Shown here in pieces: positions 6,469 to 10,567 of a DNA stretch of 10,567 bases. Under the pieces are notes generated by a model. The model searched no databases. It was not told the origin of the DNA and saw only the letters and a list, made by a program, of their open reading frames with translations. The position numbers were made by a program, and so were the translations under genes. Each line of letters begins with the position of its first letter. The stretch's first letter is position 1. Origin of the DNA: Thermoanaerobaculia bacterium (GTDB lineage: Bacteria; Acidobacteriota; Thermoanaerobaculia; UBA5066); assembly GCA_038245905.1 (NCBI GenBank), contig JBBRRY010000055.1, positions 1 through 10,567 on the forward strand, in the 5' to 3' direction.

Positions 6469-7889
6469 GTGAGTACCGCTGCCGGTCCGGTCCCTTCGCC
6501 CGTCGCACGGGCTCACGAGCCGGTCCGGGCTTCGCCCGAGGCTGCCCCCTCGGCGCCCGACATTCTCGCGCTCGCAGGACTCGCGGGAGCCGCAGTTTTC
6601 ATCCTCTTTCTTCTCTGGGCTGGAGTCGAGCAGTCGATCAGGCTCTCCGACGCCGCCCGAGACCGCTTCCACTACGCCCGGGGCGTTTCGACGAGCCTCC
6701 TGACGGGACTCCTCGTCGGAGCGATCGCCTGGCGTCAGCAGCGCCGACACAAAGAAGAGCTGCGGTCGCTCGCAGCCAGGAGCGACCGAGCCGCGCACGA
6801 GGCTCGTGCCCTCTTGCAGCTCGTCGTCGACAACACCCCGGCAGCGCTCGTCGTCCTCGACTGTGATTTCCGCATCGTCCAGGCCAATCGGGCCGCCGAG
6901 CGCGTCCACGGCCGTGATCTCGAAGGCCACCGCTGCTCCGACGCAATCGCGGCGTGCACGCAGATGTGCGGGGAGTGTCCGGCCGCTCACAGCTTCGCGC
7001 ACGGGATCTCGTCTCCCGAGGCGCGTTCGCTCACCGACCCACGCACCGGCGAGATGCTTTCGGTAGAGAGCCACCCGCTCGAGCTGCCGGATGGCCGGCG
7101 TTACGTTCTCCTCGTCGAGAGAATCGTCACCGAGCAGAAAAAGCTCCAGGCCCGCCTCATCCACCAGGAAAAGATGGCCGCCTTCGGGCTCCTCGCCGCC
7201 GGAATCGCGCACGACATGGGGAACCCCCTCGCCTCCATCGAGATGCAACTCCAGCTCGTCGACGAGAGCCTCCTCCCCGGCGAAACGGCCGGCGTCATGC
7301 AGACGGTGAGGCAGGAGGCCGCGCGCCTGAGGCGGATCCTGCGCGAGCTGGTCGACTTCGCCAGGCGCCGAAGGGACGAGGCGAGCCTCGTCTCCGTCCA
7401 GTCGGTCGCGGAGGATGCTCTTCGCCTCATCCGGCACGACCCGAGGATGGGGAGAGTCGAGGCCTCGACGGTCTTCGATCCGGAGGCGCCGCCTGTCTCG
7501 ATCGTGGAGGACCACCTCATGCAGGTCGTCCTCAATCTCCTGATCAACGCGCTCGACGCGATGCCTGAGGGTGGCACCCTCCGGATCGAAGTGCAGGCCG
7601 CGGGACGCTCGGTGGCGTTGCGGGTCCACGACTCCGGGCACGGGATGGAGCGGCAGGTTCTGGCGCGCTGCCTCGAGCCCCTCTACACGACGAAGGCGCC
7701 GGGCAAGGGGACCGGTCTCGGCCTCAGCATCTCGCGCGACATCCTTCTCGAGGTCGGGGGCGGTATCGAGCTGCACAGCGTCCCCGGCCACGGGACCACG
7801 GCCGTCGTCACGCTGCCCTCGGCAGCCGTGGCCATCGACCCGGCCCGCGTCCCCGAGAGCGCGCTCGCGAACGCACCCGTCGGGGTCCA

Positions 7890-7893
<4 letters not shown>
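6469..7893 (+). CDS. Membrane-bound PAS-domain sensor histidine kinase (NtrB-like)
   Basis: Two TM helices, a PAS domain (VVDNTPAALVVLD...ANRAAE), H-box AHDMGNPL, N-box QVVLNLLINALDAM, G1 HDSGHGM, G2 GTGLGLSI. Start is uncertain (TTG 6463 or GTG 6469). Confidence 0.92.
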
Positions 7894-9283
<1,390 letters not shown>

Positions 9284-9296
<13 letters not shown>

Positions 9297-9331
9297 GAGG
9301 CTCCCGCCCCCGTTCCTCTCAGAACTGAGAG
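9284..9331. promoter_or_regulatory. Tandem palindromic enhancer (UAS) sites CTCTCA-N4-TGAGAG x2
   Basis: CTCTCAacacTGAGAG (9284-9299) and CTCTCAgaacTGAGAG (9316-9331), 32 bp apart and ~100-150 bp upstream of the predicted sigma54 TSS. Confidence 0.8.
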
Positions 9332-9406
9332 TCCATCGCCCGCGATTCGCGGGGGCTCTCGGGCGTAAAGCCTCTCCGGACAGCACTTCGGAGCACGCTT
9401 CCCGCA

Positions 9407-9422
9407 TGGAATGTTGCTTGCT
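9407..9422 (+). promoter_or_regulatory. Sigma54 (RpoN) -24/-12 promoter for the cytochrome c-narG genes
   Basis: TGGAATgttgcTTGCT: GG (9408-9409), N10, GC (9420-9421), matching TGGCAC-N5-TTGC. Lies next to the enhancer-binding protein gene and the UAS palindromes. Confidence 0.8.
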
Positions 9423-9441
9423 CTTGTTCGGGCGAACGCCT

Positions 9442-10377
9442 ATGCGAATTTCCTCCCGTGCTCTCAGGTCTTCCCCCGTCCTCCTCGTGGCGATCGCCGC
9501 CGGAGCGCTCGCACAGGCTCCCGGCTCGCCGCCCGCTTCCGCGGCATCCGCGCCGCCAGCCACGGCCGGCGTGGCGCCCGCGGCCGCCGCCGCGGTCCAG
9601 AGCCCGGCCGAGGACCTCTTCTCGCGCAAGTGCGGCTCCTGCCACACCATCGGCAAGGGGGTCCGCGTCGGCCCGGACCTGAAGGACGCGGACAAGCGCC
9701 GCAGCCACGCATGGCTGGAGGCCTTCGTCGTGGCGCCGAGCACGATGCTCGACACCGATCCGGACGCAAGAAACCTGCTCGCGGACTTCAAGGGCGTGAG
9801 GATGCCGGACCTCGGCCTTTCGGCGAAGGACGTGAAGTCGCTCGTCGAGCTCATCGCACGCTGCTCATCCGCGCCGTGCAACCTCGCGGGAAAATTCACG
9901 CCGGCGACTGTCGCGACCGACCGCGACATCGCGCGCGGCCGCGACCTCTTCCTCGGGCTCCAGCCGCTCAAGGCCGGCGCCGCACCGTGCCTCTCGTGTC
10001 ACACCGTCCGCGGCGTGAAAAGCGCCGTACCGGGCGGGACCCTGGCGAAGGACCTGACGAACGTCTTCGCGCGGCTGGGCGACGAAGGGCTCGACACCGC
10101 CCTCGCGAACCCTCCTTTCCCGCTCATGAACAAGCTTTTTGCCGAGCGCCCCCTCGATCCCGCCGAGGTCTTCGCCCTGCGCGCGTTCCTCTATCAGGCG
10201 AACCGCGGCGGCGAGCCGGCGCGGGAAAACCCGCTGAGCGTCTTCCTCATGGGCTCCCTCGGGGCGGTCGGGGTCCTGATCACCCTCAACGCCGCCTGGG
10301 GACGGAGGCTGAGGGGCGTTCGGCGGCCTCTCGTGAAGAAGCAAAACGGCGAAACGCCGGGGAGACACGCGACGTGA
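9442..10377 (+). CDS. narC: NarC-like membrane-anchored diheme cytochrome c associated with nitrate reductase
   Basis: Signal-peptide-like N-terminus, Ala/Pro linker, heme motifs CGSCH (followed by VGPDL and RMP) and CLSCH (followed by LAKDL and PLM), C-terminal TM helix with a basic tail. Stop overlaps the narG start. ATG 9442 is preferred because ATG 9406 overlaps the sigma54 promoter. Confidence 0.82.
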   Translation: MRISSRALRSSPVLLVAIAAGALAQAPGSPPASAASAPPATAGVAPAAAAAVQSPAEDLFSRKCGSCHTIGKGVRVGPDLKDADKRRSHAWLEAFVVAPSTMLDTDPDARNLLADFKGVRMPDLGLSAKDVKSLVELIARCSSAPCNLAGKFTPATVATDRDIARGRDLFLGLQPLKAGAAPCLSCHTVRGVKSAVPGGTLAKDLTNVFARLGDEGLDTALANPPFPLMNKLFAERPLDPAEVFALRAFLYQANRGGEPARENPLSVFLMGSLGAVGVLITLNAAWGRRLRGVRRPLVKKQNGETPGRHAT

Positions 10378-10567
10378 AGTGGATCAAGGACCTCGTCAGC
10401 CCGAAGACGCGCTCGTGGGAAGAGTTCTACCGGAACCGCTGGCAGCACGACAAGGTCGTCCGCTCGACGCACGGCGTGAACTGCACCGGCGGGTGCTCCT
10501 GGAACATCTACGTCAAGGAAGGGATCGTCACCTGGGAGATGCAGGCGGTCGACTACCCCCTCATCGA
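10374..10567 (+). CDS. narG: Respiratory nitrate reductase alpha subunit, 5' fragment (runs off the window)
   Basis: GTG 10374 with a GGGGAG RBS translates to [62 protein letters not shown], the NarG FS0 [4Fe-4S] motif (H-x3-C-x3-C). No Tat signal. Not in the supplied ORF track. Confidence 0.93.
   Translation, partial: MKWIKDLVSPKTRSWEEFYRNRWQHDKVVRSTHGVNCTGGCSWNIYVKEGIVTWEMQAVDYPLI

Noticed and set aside
9339-9353. GC palindrome CCCGCGA-T-TCGCGGG
   Set aside because: No U-tract, single copy, and plausible by chance at this GC content.
9406-9441. ATG 9406 as the cytochrome c start (MECCLLL...)
   Set aside because: It overlaps the -24 element of the sigma54 promoter, upstream of the predicted TSS. 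ATG 9442 gives a normal signal peptide.

Overview
GC-rich bacterial window holding a nitrate-respiration / nitrosative-stress gene cluster. The leftward (- strand) genes are an AhpD/CMD-family protein, a Ric/YtfE di-iron repair protein, a DUF2249-hemerythrin fusion, and a 683-aa protein joining a 5-TM His-rich (cytochrome b-like) domain to a pentaheme cytochrome c. The rightward (+ strand) genes are an NnrS-like membrane protein, a SufR-like Cys-containing HTH regulator, a sensor kinase with a 4-Cys PAS domain, a sigma54-dependent NtrC-family regulator, a NarC-like membrane-anchored diheme cytochrome c, and the start of narG. The regulatory wiring is visible in the DNA. Two ATGAY-N4-RTCAT palindromes (variant FNR/DNR-type boxes) each sit at the class II (-41.5) spacing from a -10 hexamer. 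Two CTCTCA-N4-TGAGAG palindromes 32 bp apart lie upstream of a -24/-12 sigma54 promoter for the cytochrome c-narG genes. Together these suggest a Crp/Fnr -> Fe-S-PAS two-component system -> sigma54 -> nar cascade. All functional calls come from motif recognition; no database search was run.
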